A program made the position numbers and the translations under genes. The notes below the pieces were generated by a model. The model saw only the letters and a program-made list of their open reading frames with translations. It was not told where the DNA came from and ran no database searches. From Longimicrobiales bacterium (GTDB lineage: Bacteria > Gemmatimonadota > Gemmatimonadetes > Longimicrobiales > Gaopeijiaceae), in the NCBI GenBank assembly GCA_963422615.1, contig OY730414.1, forward strand, positions 124,001-188,000: a DNA stretch of 64,000 bases, given 5' to 3'. The stretch's first letter is position 1; the number at the start of each line of letters is the position of its first letter. Positions 1 through 10,092 of the stretch are shown one piece after another.

Positions 1-202
1 TGCCAACGGATCCGGGGCGTCCAGTCTCCCTTCCCAGACGAATACGACGCCCCGCTCAAGGTGGATCTTCATGTCTGTGGCCCGGCCGACTCCGGCCCCG
101 CCGTCCGGCAACACAGCCAACGCCGGCAACACAGCCAAACGGTCACCCGCGCAGATCCAGCTGTTTGCGCTTGCCCCAAGCCCCCCTGCTCGACCCCAAA
201 GC

Positions 203-682
203 CTACGGTCCGGAAGAACGAGAACCCCGTCCGGGTCGGTCCCGCAACGCCCTGCGCCCGAGCGCGAGCCAGTCGCACGTCGCCGTCTGGGCGTCCGAAG
301 GGTTGGGGGGAAGTCCCACGACGAAGACGCGCGCCCCCTTTGCGCTTGGAAGGTGAAGGATCATGTCGCCGACTTCTGCCGGCGGCTCGTAGGCCCGGGC
401 GTGGCCGCGGGGATCCACGGCCACGGTCCGTCCCGGAGATGTCAACCGCGCGATCAACAGTCCGTAGGTTCTCCACGCCTCCAACGGTTCTGCGTCCCCT
501 TGGGCGATGGACGGAATCAGCTTCTTCCGGTAGTATGCCACGGCTTCGCCATATCCGTCTGCGTTGAACCGCTTCAGCTCCCGCAATCCGTCGCGATAAT
601 AGTCCCTCGGGTCTCGCGCCCCGGCCGCCGCCAAGGCCTTCGAAAAACAGGCGTCGGCCACCTGCTGAAGATCTTCCTTCAT
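203..682 (-). CDS. Hypothetical protein (159 aa)
   Basis: ATG start, normal globular composition, co-oriented downstream of rho; no motif recognised. Confidence 0.7.
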   Translation of the reverse strand: MKEDLQQVADACFSKALAAAGARDPRDYYRDGLRELKRFNADGYGEAVAYYRKKLIPSIAQGDAEPLEAWRTYGLLIARLTSPGRTVAVDPRGHARAYEPPAEVGDMILHLPSAKGARVFVVGLPPNPSDAQTATCDWLALGRRALRDRPGRGSRSSGP

Positions 683-775
683 GTCCTGGATCTCCCGGGT
701 CGGGTCAAAAGTTGCCAGGCATCGGCAAGCTTCGGAGGAGCGCGGCCGGGTTCCCTGGGTCTCCGGCGGTCATGG

Positions 776-2029
776 CTAGTCTCCGGCGGTCATGGCCTTC
801 AGGAAGCCAGAGTTCGTCCCGTGCCGGCCCATGCGTTCCACCAGGAATTCGGCGGCCTCGGGGCCGGGCATGGAAGACATGAAGTTGCGCAGCAGGTAGA
901 CCCGGTTCAGCTCCGTCGCAGAGAGGAGCAGCTCCTCTCGCCGGGTCCCCGAGCGGTTCAGGTCAATGGCGGGGAAGATCCTCTGGTCGGCAATCTCCCG
1001 ATCCAGGACCAGCTCCATGTTTCCGGTCCCCTTGAACTCCTCGAAGATCACTTCGTCCATCCGGCTCCCGGTCTCCACCAGGGCCGTAGCGATGATGGTC
1101 AGCGAACCTCCTTCTTCCACGTTGCGGGCCGAGCCGAAGAAATGCTTCGGTCCGTGCAGCGCGTTCGCGTCGACACCCCCGGAGAGGATCCGGCCCGAGT
1201 AGGGGGCAAGAATGTTGTACGCTCGAGCCAAGCGGGTGATCGAATCAAGGAGAATCACCACATCCCGTCCGTACTCCACTTGGCGCTTCGCCTTTTCCAG
1301 CACCATCTCCGCCACCTGTCTGTGTCGGCGCGGCGATTCATCGAAGGTGGACGAGACCACTTCGCCCCGGACGCTGTCCTCCATTTCCGTGACTTCTTCG
1401 GGGCGCTCGTCCACGAGAAGTACGATCAGGAGCACGTCCGGGCGGTTGACGGCGATGGCGTGGGCCATGTTTCGAAGAATGGTGGTTTTCCCCGCCTTGG
1501 GCGGGGACACGATCAAGCCGCGCTGCCCCAGCCCGACGGGCGCGATGAGGTCCAAAATCCGCATGGCCAGGTCGCCGCCGAAAATCTCTAGGGTCAGGCG
1601 TTCCTCCGGGTAGCGAGGCCGCAGGTCCCCGTAGGAAGGGCGCTTTCCGGCGGCTTCCGGATCGGCCCCGTTGATGCTCTCCACCTTCGCCAGAGCAAGG
1701 TAGCGCTCCCGGTTTCGGGGGGGGCGCACCGGGCCGGAGAGGAAATCGCCCCTCCGCAGGCCGAAGCCCCTGATTTGGGAAGGGCTCACGTACACATCGT
1801 CGGGGCCCGACAAGTAGTTCCAGCTCTGGGACCTCAGGAAACCGTATCCGTCCGGGAGGATATCCAGCACCCCGGCCACTTGGGGAGCCTCGCTCCTCCG
1901 GGCCAGTCCCTGGTGGATCCGGAAGATCAGGTCCTGCTTGCGGAGACCTGCGGAGTGCGGAATCTTCAGAGTTTCCGCAAAGCTTCGGAGTTCCGCTACC
2001 GTACTGTTCCTGAGCTGGGTAATGTCCAT
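776..2029 (-). CDS. rho: Transcription termination factor Rho
   Basis: [17 protein letters not shown]-binding motif, PPKAGKT P-loop, [31 protein letters not shown]; start placed at MDITQL (ATG 2029). Confidence 0.98.
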   Translation of the reverse strand: MDITQLRNSTVAELRSFAETLKIPHSAGLRKQDLIFRIHQGLARRSEAPQVAGVLDILPDGYGFLRSQSWNYLSGPDDVYVSPSQIRGFGLRRGDFLSGPVRPPRNRERYLALAKVESINGADPEAAGKRPSYGDLRPRYPEERLTLEIFGGDLAMRILDLIAPVGLGQRGLIVSPPKAGKTTILRNMAHAIAVNRPDVLLIVLLVDERPEEVTEMEDSVRGEVVSSTFDESPRRHRQVAEMVLEKAKRQVEYGRDVVILLDSITRLARAYNILAPYSGRILSGGVDANALHGPKHFFGSARNVEEGGSLTIIATALVETGSRMDEVIFEEFKGTGNMELVLDREIADQRIFPAIDLNRSGTRREELLLSATELNRVYLLRNFMSSMPGPEAAEFLVERMGRHGTNSGFLKAMTAGD

Positions 2030-2094
2030 CGAATCAGGCACTCGTGTGTTGTGAATTGTGCCCGAGAGCGGCTGGGTGAAGAAAAAGCGGGTGC

Positions 2095-3384
2095 GTGGAA
2101 GACACAGTCGGGAAGACCGAGCGGGAGTCGGCCGAATCAAAGGTCACGCGAACAGCCGGTGACCCTGCTTCAGGCAGAAGGCTCTGCCCGCTAAGGATCA
2201 TACTCGCGTCCAAGGAGGTCAAGGTTCCCCGTCCATCCGTGTCCGATCGGCTGTCCACTCCCGATCCGTCCTGGGACGATCTGCTGTCGGACCTGGGTAC
2301 CGGAAGGGTGGGGGCGTACCGGGTGGTGCGGGGGCGGATTCGGGAAGGCGTATCCGAAGGAGAACTGGAGGAAGTGGAGGCGTGGGCCGATCAATTCCAC
2401 ATTCACCAAACCGGCTCGGGCGCCGATTTGGTCGCGGTTCGCCGAGAAGAGCCGGAGCCGGCGACCCGTCCCCTTCTGCACCTTTTCCTCTTTCTGGCCG
2501 CCTTTGCCAGTGCGGTTGTGGCGGGTGGGTTTCTTGCCGGAAAGGACGTGCTCAACACCCACTTCACCCAGGTGGTCGGGGTTTGGCTTCCCTTGCCAAC
2601 CGGGTTCAGGGGGCAGGACGCGGTCGCCGGGCTGCCCTTCGCCATCTCGTTCATGGGGATCCTGCTGGGACACGAGCTGGGTCACTACTTCCTGGCGCGC
2701 CGGCACGGAGTCCCCGTCTCTCCGCCTTACTTCATCCCCTTTCCGCCCTACTTTTCGCTTGTGGGAACCCTGGGAGCCTTCATTCGCCTTCGGGGCCCTA
2801 TGATCCGCCGGGTCGCCCTTTTCGACGTCGGCGTGGCCGGGCCGCTGGCGAGCTTCGCCCTTTCCGTCCCCCTCCTCTTGGTCGGCCTGCAAATGTCCGA
2901 AGTGATCCCCGACGCGGGCACCGGCCTGTACCCATTCCTGGTCCGATTCCTGGACCAGCCCGTACAGATCGGCACCAATGCGGTACTCCAGTCCGCCGCT
3001 TACTTGATGGTGCCGGACTTCGAGGTTGGTCGTTCCGTCCTTCTCCATCCCCTGGCGTTCGCCGGCTGGCTGGGGATTTTCGTAACTGCCTTGAACCTTC
3101 TCCCCCTGGGGCAGCTGGACGGAGGGCATATCCTCTACGCCATCGCCGGAACCCGGCAACGAACCCTTGGGCTGGCCTTCGTCCTCCTTCTCCTCCCCTT
3201 GGGCTTCGTGTGGTGGGGATGGTGGCTCTGGGGCGCGGTCGCCCTGGCCTTGGGCCGTGGCAGGGTGGCCCATCCGCCCCTCCTCATGGAGCAGGTTCCC
3301 TTGGGAAAGGGGCGCACAAGAGTCGGATGGGCCGCAATGATCCTTTTCGTGCTGAGTTTCTCGCCGGCACCCCTGAGGATGTAA
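2095..3384 (+). CDS. Site-2 protease (peptidase M50) family membrane metalloprotease; true start may be GTG 2239
   Basis: HELGH zinc motif, AGPLAS, NLLPLGQLDGGH, multiple TM segments. Confidence 0.92.
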   Translation: MEDTVGKTERESAESKVTRTAGDPASGRRLCPLRIILASKEVKVPRPSVSDRLSTPDPSWDDLLSDLGTGRVGAYRVVRGRIREGVSEGELEEVEAWADQFHIHQTGSGADLVAVRREEPEPATRPLLHLFLFLAAFASAVVAGGFLAGKDVLNTHFTQVVGVWLPLPTGFRGQDAVAGLPFAISFMGILLGHELGHYFLARRHGVPVSPPYFIPFPPYFSLVGTLGAFIRLRGPMIRRVALFDVGVAGPLASFALSVPLLLVGLQMSEVIPDAGTGLYPFLVRFLDQPVQIGTNAVLQSAAYLMVPDFEVGRSVLLHPLAFAGWLGIFVTALNLLPLGQLDGGHILYAIAGTRQRTLGLAFVLLLLPLGFVWWGWWLWGAVALALGRGRVAHPPLLMEQVPLGKGRTRVGWAAMILFVLSFSPAPLRM

Positions 3385-3385
3385 C

Positions 3386-3775
3386 GTGGCCCGCCACAAC
3401 CGTTGGGGCCAAGGCACCGACCAGCGCGGCTTCCACTACCAGGTCAGCTATGCGCCGGATTGGCTGGATCGGATCCGCGTCGCACGTCGGCTTCCCTCGG
3501 GGCGCCAGTCTACGAAAACGCTCTTCCGCAACCCTGCGAGAGCGCCCAAGCGAAACGCCGGAAGTCTCGTGAGGACGAAGATCCTATGTCCGGAACAGAA
3601 TCTCCGGGTCGAAATCATGCTGCAGCCGACGCCGGGGCGAGTGACGAAAATGGAGGTGGATTGGCAGGGCAGGGAGCACCCGGATCCCCGGATGGATCGG
3701 ATCACGTTCACCCTCGTGCCCTTCCGCCTACATGGAAGGGTGGCCACCGGAGGCGGCCGTAGGGAACGGGCATAG
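3386..3775 (+). CDS. Hypothetical protein (129 aa)
   Basis: Starts 1 nt after the M50 stop in the same operon; no motif recognised. Confidence 0.65.
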   Translation: MARHNRWGQGTDQRGFHYQVSYAPDWLDRIRVARRLPSGRQSTKTLFRNPARAPKRNAGSLVRTKILCPEQNLRVEIMLQPTPGRVTKMEVDWQGREHPDPRMDRITFTLVPFRLHGRVATGGGRRERA

Positions 3776-3823
3776 CCCCTCGGTCCCGGGAGCAAACCGA
3801 GACCAATCCGTTATCATTTTCGC

Positions 3824-4606
3824 ATGCTTGACTACCTCTTGAGGATCCTCGCAGGCGTCGGACGGGGGGTCTGGGGCGGTTTGGCCTCAGTGGGCCGGGC
3901 GTGGGCTCTCCTGGCTGCTGCCGTGGGAGCAATTCGCAACGCTGGCGTTTGGGGCCCCCACCTCCTCCCCCAGATGGCCCGAATCGGGGTGGAATCGGTG
4001 CCCATCGCCCTTTTCATTGCGGTTTTCACGGGGATCGTGATGTCGGTGCAGGCGTCCTACACCCTCACCGGGGCCATCCCCCACTACTTCGTCGGCACCC
4101 TTGTCGGAAAAACCATGATCTTGGAGCTGGGGCCGGTGCTGACGGGGCTGACCTTGGCAGGCCGGGTTGGGGCCAACATCGCAGCGGAGATCGGCACGAT
4201 GCGGGTTACCGAGCAGGTGGACGCCCTGGAGACCCTGGCCTACGACCCGGCGGCCTATCTCGTGGTGCCCCGGATGTTGGCGGGAACCTTCATGTTCCCC
4301 GCCGTCGTGCTCCTGGCCATCGCCGCGGGCATCGGGTCGGGGTGGTTTGCTTCGCTCCAGCTGCTGGACATGTCTTCCCCTGAGTTCATCAAGGGACTTC
4401 GCCTACTTTTCCGGCCCTGGGATGTCTGGTTCGCCGTCATCAAGTCCGCTTCCTTCGGTCTGGTGGTGACAGGCGCGGGTTGTTTCTTCGGGCTCCAGGC
4501 GGAGCGGGGAGCGGAGGGGGTTGGAAGGAGCACAACCCGAACCGTCGTGGCCGCCAGCATGATCATCCTGGTCCTCGACGCCTTCTGGGCGGTGATTCTG
4601 CTGTGA
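3824..4606 (+). CDS. mlaE: MlaE-family ABC permease
   Basis: ELGPVLTG..AGRVGA..AAEIGTMRVTEQVDALE and GAEGVGRSTT motifs. Confidence 0.95.
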   Translation: MLDYLLRILAGVGRGVWGGLASVGRAWALLAAAVGAIRNAGVWGPHLLPQMARIGVESVPIALFIAVFTGIVMSVQASYTLTGAIPHYFVGTLVGKTMILELGPVLTGLTLAGRVGANIAAEIGTMRVTEQVDALETLAYDPAAYLVVPRMLAGTFMFPAVVLLAIAAGIGSGWFASLQLLDMSSPEFIKGLRLLFRPWDVWFAVIKSASFGLVVTGAGCFFGLQAERGAEGVGRSTTRTVVAASMIILVLDAFWAVILL

Positions 4607-5370
4607 GCATTCGGCTCCTGGATGTCCGAAAGGGGTTTGGGCCCAAGGAGGTCCTCAGGGGCTTTAGCCTGGAAATCAGGGACGGGGAAACCGCGGTCAT
4701 TGTCGGCCCGTCGGGAAGCGGCAAGTCGGTCCTGTTGAAGCACATCGTGGGGCTCCTGAAACCCGACGCCGGGTCCATTGTCGTGGACGGCCACGAGGTC
4801 GCCGAGCTCAAGAAGGAGGACCTGACGGCGCTCCGGCGCCGGATCGGCTACGTCTTCCAGTTCGCCGCCCTCTTCGACTCGATGACCATAGCCGAGAACA
4901 TCGGTATGGGGCTTCGCCGACGTTCCGACTGGGGACCGGACAGGATCGGAGCCCGGGCCAGAGAGTGCCTGGCCCTTGTGGGGTTGGAGAACATGGGGGA
5001 CCGTTACCCCTCCCAGCTGAGCGGCGGGCAGCGCAAGCGGGCAGGATTGGCGAGGGCGATCGCCGGCTCACCCAAGTTTCTGTTGTACGACGAGCCGACG
5101 ACGGGTCTGGACCCCGTAACCACGTCCGTGATCGACCGGCTCATATTGCGCATGCGGGGTGAACTGGGGGTGACGGGCCTCGTCGTGACCCACGACATGA
5201 CCAGCGCCTTTCGGGTCGGCGACCGAATCACCCTTCTCTACAAGGGGAGGGCCAGGTTTACCGGAACGCCCGATGAGTTTCGAGCCTCCCCGGACTCGGT
5301 GGTGAGGGGGTTCGTGCAGGGAGACCCGGATCTCTACTACGGAACGGAGCCCCAGACAGGAGGGTCATAG
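4603..5370 (+). CDS. mlaF: MlaF-family ABC ATP-binding protein
   Basis: GPSGSGKS Walker A, LSGGQRKR signature, YDEPTTGLDP; GTG start overlaps mlaE stop. Confidence 0.93.
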   Translation: MSIRLLDVRKGFGPKEVLRGFSLEIRDGETAVIVGPSGSGKSVLLKHIVGLLKPDAGSIVVDGHEVAELKKEDLTALRRRIGYVFQFAALFDSMTIAENIGMGLRRRSDWGPDRIGARARECLALVGLENMGDRYPSQLSGGQRKRAGLARAIAGSPKFLLYDEPTTGLDPVTTSVIDRLILRMRGELGVTGLVVTHDMTSAFRVGDRITLLYKGRARFTGTPDEFRASPDSVVRGFVQGDPDLYYGTEPQTGGS

Positions 5371-5376
5371 GAACCC

Positions 5377-6366
5377 ATGGACCGAAAGCGAGATGTGCAG
5401 GTGGGACTGGTCGTCGTGCTGGGAGTTTTGGCCGGCGTGGCGGGAACGATCTGGTTGCAGGGCGGTTGGGGACAGCAAGGCACGCAGGTTTTGGCCGCGT
5501 CTACCAACGTCGGACAGCTGATGCGGGGGGCCTCGGTGAAGTTTCGCGGCGTGGAGGTCGGGGAAGTGGAAGAGGTGAGCCTGGCCCCGGGTGGAGAGGC
5601 GGTACTGATCCGCATGACGCTCCAACCAGACCTGGTCATTCCGGCCAACAGCGCGGTGCTGCTGTCTCCCGAGTCGATGTTCGGGGACTGGCAGGCGGAG
5701 ATCATCGACCGAGCAGACTTCCCCAGGCAGGTCTTCCTGCAGCTTCCCGACCGAGAAGGCGTGCTCCCGGGCGCCGCGCTGCCCGACGTTTCACGGCTCA
5801 CGGCGGCTGCCGACAACATCGCCCACAACCTGACGACCATCTCGGAGCGGATCCAGATCGCCTTCACGGAAGAGACGGCCCTCAATATCCGGAGAGCCAT
5901 CGACAACATCGGGGAGCTCAGCGACGGCCTTTCGGAAATCATCGACCAGCAAGCGGACCGCTTCAACGACCTGGCCCAAGGAGTGAACGCGTCCGCAGCG
6001 GAACTGGGAGTGGCAGCCCAGGTGGCCCGGCGCTCCTTCGAGAGGATCGACTCCATTTTGGCGGGACCCGAAGTGGGAAACCTGATATCGGAAGCCGAGG
6101 AAAGCGTGGGAAACCTGAAGAACATCACCGAGGACCTGGGGGGTTCGCTTGTGGATCTCCGCTCGGCGGCTCGACGGGCCGACTCCACCTTCGCCCGCAT
6201 GGAGCGCTTGGTGACCGCCGTCGAGGCGGGTGAAGGGTCGGTGGGGCGCCTTCTTTCCGATCCGGCCTTGGCCGACGGGGCCATGGGAGCCGTCGCGGAA
6301 TTGCAGGCCCTGTTGGCCGACATCAAGGAAAACCCTGGCCGCTACGTGCGGCTCTCCATCTTCTAG
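5377..6366 (+). CDS. mlaD: MlaD/MCE-family protein
   Basis: N-terminal TM, GASVKFRGVEVGEV MCE motif, helical C-terminus ending ADIKENPGRYVRLSIF. Confidence 0.92.
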   Translation: MDRKRDVQVGLVVVLGVLAGVAGTIWLQGGWGQQGTQVLAASTNVGQLMRGASVKFRGVEVGEVEEVSLAPGGEAVLIRMTLQPDLVIPANSAVLLSPESMFGDWQAEIIDRADFPRQVFLQLPDREGVLPGAALPDVSRLTAAADNIAHNLTTISERIQIAFTEETALNIRRAIDNIGELSDGLSEIIDQQADRFNDLAQGVNASAAELGVAAQVARRSFERIDSILAGPEVGNLISEAEESVGNLKNITEDLGGSLVDLRSAARRADSTFARMERLVTAVEAGEGSVGRLLSDPALADGAMGAVAELQALLADIKENPGRYVRLSIF

Positions 6367-6824
6367 TGACCGTATCTTCCGCCGGACGCCTCTTGGACAC
6401 GCGAATCGAGCGCAGCGCGGGGGGGGTGCTCGTCCGCTTCCGGGAGGGACGTTGGCACGCCCTGGTGATCCGGGATCCTTATGGCAGGTGGGCCCTCCCG
6501 AAGGGACACCTGGAGGACGGAGAGAGCCTGCGGGAGGCCGCCGCCCGGGAGGTGGAAGAAGAGACCGGACTCAAGCCAGACGTCGTGGGACCCAGAGTGG
6601 GTACCGTAGACTGGACATTTCGCCACGGGAAAAAGACGATCCACAAGTACTGCACCTTCTTCCTCATGAGAAGCCTTAGGGGCGAGGCCGTGCCCCAAAC
6701 AGCCGAAGGAATCACCCTGTGTGCGTGGTTTCCCGTTCGGAAAGCCGCCTCCATGATCGCCTACCAAGATACTCGGGCCCTGGTCCTACGCGCGGGCGAC
6801 AAGATCAAGGAAGCGGGTTGGTGA
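6366..6824 (+). CDS. NUDIX hydrolase
   Basis: LPKGHLEDGESLREAAAREVEEETG Nudix box. Confidence 0.93.
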   Translation: MTVSSAGRLLDTRIERSAGGVLVRFREGRWHALVIRDPYGRWALPKGHLEDGESLREAAAREVEEETGLKPDVVGPRVGTVDWTFRHGKKTIHKYCTFFLMRSLRGEAVPQTAEGITLCAWFPVRKAASMIAYQDTRALVLRAGDKIKEAGW

Positions 6825-8089
6825 CGCCCGGCGGCCGGAGCGACGCATCCTGGCGCGCCGTCCAGGGCGCCGTGATTGTGCTGGTCGCCGGGTTCTTTCT
6901 GTTCAGCCTTCGGGACATCCTCGGTCCCTTTCTGCTGTACGGCGTGCTGGTCAGCCTCCTGGTGCCCTTCCGCGGCGTTCGCGGCCGAGCGATCCTGGTG
7001 ACCACGGCGACCGTCCTCGTGCTGATGTGGCTGCTCCACGTTGCCGGATCCCTGTTGGCGCCCTTCATCCTCGCCTTCGTCCTGGCGTACGTCTTCGACC
7101 CCCTCGTGGATCGCCTCTCGGCCCGTCCCCGGGTGGGGCGAAGCTCGGCCATATTCCTGATTCTGGTCCCGTTCCTGGCGGGGACGGCGGCAGTAGCAAT
7201 TGTGGGAATCCCGGCATTGACCCGACAGGCGGGCGCCCTCATCGGAGAGGTGTCCCGGATCGTAGAGGAGATCGGGGCATGGGTCCGGACTCTGGACCCT
7301 GCCTCTCCCGGCTTCGACATTCCCCTGGTGGATGAGGCCGCCCTGCTGACCCGAATCCAGGACCTGGACGCCCAGACGGCGGTTGAGTTCCTGGAGACGC
7401 GACTCGCCGAAGTCGCCGCAGAGGTCTGGACCGCCGTTCTCGGGCTCGGGCGGGGTATCGGCACCCTCCTGACCGTGTTGAGCTACCTGGTCCTGACCCC
7501 GGTCCTGGCCTTTTACCTGCTCCGGGACTACGACTTGATCGTCCAGCGTACCCGCGACCTGATGCCCGAATGGCTCCGGCCGGGAGCCGACAGCTTCCTG
7601 GGAGAGTACGATACCCTTCTTTCCCGCTACCTGCGGGGACAGGTGTCGGTTGCCGTCATTCTGGGCTGCATCACGTGGCTGGGTCTGTTGGTTGTCGGAT
7701 TCCCCTATTCCTTCCTTCTCGGCGCGACCGCGGGCGTATTGAGCGTGGTTCCCTATGTGGGGCTCATGCTGTCATTGATCCCGGCGGTTCTGATCGCCCT
7801 TACAAGCGGAGACCCGGGGTGGTCCCTGGTCAAAGTGGCCGGGGTCTACGGGGCTGCCCAGGGGCTGGAGGGCGTCGTGATCAGTCCCAGAATCCTGGGA
7901 GACTCCGTGGGACTGCACCCTGTGTGGGTCTTTCTCGCTCTCTCGATCGGCGGACTCTTCTTCGGATTCGCCGGACTGCTGATCGGCGTCCCCTTGGCCG
8001 TCGGCGTAAAGCTCCTCCTGGTCCGGGCCGTGGCACATTACAAAAAGTCGGCGCTGTACCGGGAAGGGCCCGCCGGATTCGCGGAATGA
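6821..8089 (+). CDS. AI-2E family (PerM-like) transporter
   Basis: LAYVFDPLV, YLRGQ, VPYVG, PRILGDSVGLHP motifs; many TMs. Confidence 0.92.
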   Translation: MTPGGRSDASWRAVQGAVIVLVAGFFLFSLRDILGPFLLYGVLVSLLVPFRGVRGRAILVTTATVLVLMWLLHVAGSLLAPFILAFVLAYVFDPLVDRLSARPRVGRSSAIFLILVPFLAGTAAVAIVGIPALTRQAGALIGEVSRIVEEIGAWVRTLDPASPGFDIPLVDEAALLTRIQDLDAQTAVEFLETRLAEVAAEVWTAVLGLGRGIGTLLTVLSYLVLTPVLAFYLLRDYDLIVQRTRDLMPEWLRPGADSFLGEYDTLLSRYLRGQVSVAVILGCITWLGLLVVGFPYSFLLGATAGVLSVVPYVGLMLSLIPAVLIALTSGDPGWSLVKVAGVYGAAQGLEGVVISPRILGDSVGLHPVWVFLALSIGGLFFGFAGLLIGVPLAVGVKLLLVRAVAHYKKSALYREGPAGFAE

Positions 8090-8130
8090 CCCCCCAAGAG
8101 AAAAACGACCGCGTCAACCCCCAGGGGACC

Positions 8131-9096
8131 ATGGCGGAAGTAACCAAAGAGACGTTGGTGATCATCGGCTCCGGACCCGCAGGATGGACGGCCGCCATCT
8201 ACGCGGCCCGGGCGAATCTGGACCCCCTCGTCTTCGAGGGTGAAGGGAGCCGGACCATGATCCCGGGCGGCCAGCTCATGTTCACAACCGACGTCGAAAA
8301 CTACCCAGGCTTCCCCGACGGCGTCGGGGGCATCGAAATGATGACGGACTTCAAGAAGCAGGCCGTCCGCTTCGGCACTCGGGTCATCCCGGAGGACATC
8401 GTTCACGTAGATTTTTCCCAGCGACCCTTTCTCCTCCGATCGTCGGAAAACCGGGAAATCCTGGCCGGGTCCGTCATCGTCGCGACGGGAGCCAACGCCC
8501 GCTGGCTGGGAATCCCCGGAGAAGAACGGCTGGCTCGAAGTGGAGGGGGCGTCTCGGCGTGCGCGGTTTGCGACGGTGCCCTGCCCCACTTCAGGGATCG
8601 GGTGATCGCCGTGGTCGGGGGGGGCGACAGCGCCATGGAAGACGCCCTCTACATGACGAAGTTCGCAAGCCAGGTGCTGGTGATTCATCGTCGGGCCGAA
8701 CTTCGGGCCTCCCACATCATGCAGAATCGGGCAAGAGCAAACCCCAGGGTCCGCTTCCTCTGGAACCAGACCGTCATCAAGGTGCTGGGCGGCGACGTGA
8801 TCACCGGACTCCGCCTGAAGGACGCCGTGACCGGCAACGAATCGGAGGTGGAGGTCGGCGGCCTCTTTGTCGCCATCGGCCACACGCCGAATACGGGATT
8901 TCTGTCCGGTCATCTCGACCTCAAGGAGAACGGCTACATCCGGCTGCCCAAGCCGTGGCGCACGGAGACCAGTGTACCGGGGGTGTTCGCCGCCGGCGAC
9001 GTCATGGACGATTACTATCGCCAAGCCGTCTCCGCTGCTGGGACCGGGTGCATGGCCGCCCTGGAAGCCGAGAGATTCTTGTCTCACGGGGACTGA
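8131..9096 (+). CDS. trxB: Thioredoxin-disulfide reductase (alternative ATG at 8086)
   Basis: IIGSGPAGWTAAIY, VENYPGF, SACAVCDG redox motif, VVGGGDSA, GVFAAGDV. Confidence 0.96.
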   Translation: MAEVTKETLVIIGSGPAGWTAAIYAARANLDPLVFEGEGSRTMIPGGQLMFTTDVENYPGFPDGVGGIEMMTDFKKQAVRFGTRVIPEDIVHVDFSQRPFLLRSSENREILAGSVIVATGANARWLGIPGEERLARSGGGVSACAVCDGALPHFRDRVIAVVGGGDSAMEDALYMTKFASQVLVIHRRAELRASHIMQNRARANPRVRFLWNQTVIKVLGGDVITGLRLKDAVTGNESEVEVGGLFVAIGHTPNTGFLSGHLDLKENGYIRLPKPWRTETSVPGVFAAGDVMDDYYRQAVSAAGTGCMAALEAERFLSHGD

Positions 9097-9258
9097 CTGG
9101 CTGACAGGCACCCGCTCCGGGACGGGTGTCGGCCTCGTAGAAAACCGACCGGTTCGCGCGGCCGACCCCACCTCCCGCTGCTGTCCCTGGCGGCCAAAAA
9201 GGAGTGGCCAAATCATGCGTTGCCACCCGCGCGGCCCGGTCCGTCCGACGCCCGCGAC

Positions 9259-9981
9259 CTACGAAACCGCCAAACGGCCTCCGTCCACGACAACGACCTC
9301 CCCGGTCACGTACTGGGCCCGCGCCAGAAACCGCACCGCATCCACCACGTCATCGGGAGAACCCACCCGACCCAGCGGGATTCGCTGGCGAGCGCGCTCG
9401 ATTTTCGCCTTGCCGTAACTTTCCGGCGGGAGGACATGTCCGGGGGCGACGGCGTTCGCCCGGGCGCCAGGCGCCAGTGACCGGGCCATGACCCGGGTCA
9501 GGTGAAGGAGCCCGGCTTTCGCCACCGAATGATGAGGATACGCGTTCCAGGCCTGGAACGCGGACAGATCCACGACGTTGACAACGGATCCCCGGGCGGC
9601 GCGCAACAGGTCGGCGGTCTCCCGAACCAGGAGAAAAGGCGCCCGAAGGTTCACTGCCATGACCGCGTCCCACTCTTCGGCCGTAACCTTGAGCAAGTCG
9701 TTGGAGACGTAGGTCGACGCCGAGTTCACCAGGAGATCCAGCCTCCCGAAGGTCTCCGCGACCGCCCGGGCGACAAGGACCACCTCCGATTCTCGGGACA
9801 GATCCGCCCGAACCAGACGCACCCGCTGTCCGAAGCCTTGGACCCGTTCGCGGACTTCGGCGGCAGGCGCCTCCGACGTGTGGTAGCTGGCAACCAAATC
9901 GTAGCCGCTTTCGGCGAGTCCCAGGGCGATGGCCCTCCCCACCCTCACCCCTCCACCCGTGACCAGCGCGACCGGGTTCAT
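9259..9981 (-). CDS. SDR oxidoreductase, pteridine reductase/FolM-like
   Basis: [20 protein letters not shown] (His in place of catalytic Tyr), IPLGRVG. Confidence 0.85.
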   Translation of the reverse strand: MNPVALVTGGGVRVGRAIALGLAESGYDLVASYHTSEAPAAEVRERVQGFGQRVRLVRADLSRESEVVLVARAVAETFGRLDLLVNSASTYVSNDLLKVTAEEWDAVMAVNLRAPFLLVRETADLLRAARGSVVNVVDLSAFQAWNAYPHHSVAKAGLLHLTRVMARSLAPGARANAVAPGHVLPPESYGKAKIERARQRIPLGRVGSPDDVVDAVRFLARAQYVTGEVVVVDGGRLAVS

Positions 9982-10092
9982 GCACATTCTCCCCTGAAGT
10001 ATCCTCCCCGAGGATCACCATTATCTTCCCGGGGTCGCCATGGCAGCCCTCCAGTCCCGCAAGCGTACCCCGGCCACCCCGACCATACCATC

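Noticed and set aside
71..1591. Long antisense ORFs (also 2191-3417, 22409-24532, 55432-57165 and similar)
   Set aside because: Shadow frames of conserved genes, typical of high-GC DNA; no motifs
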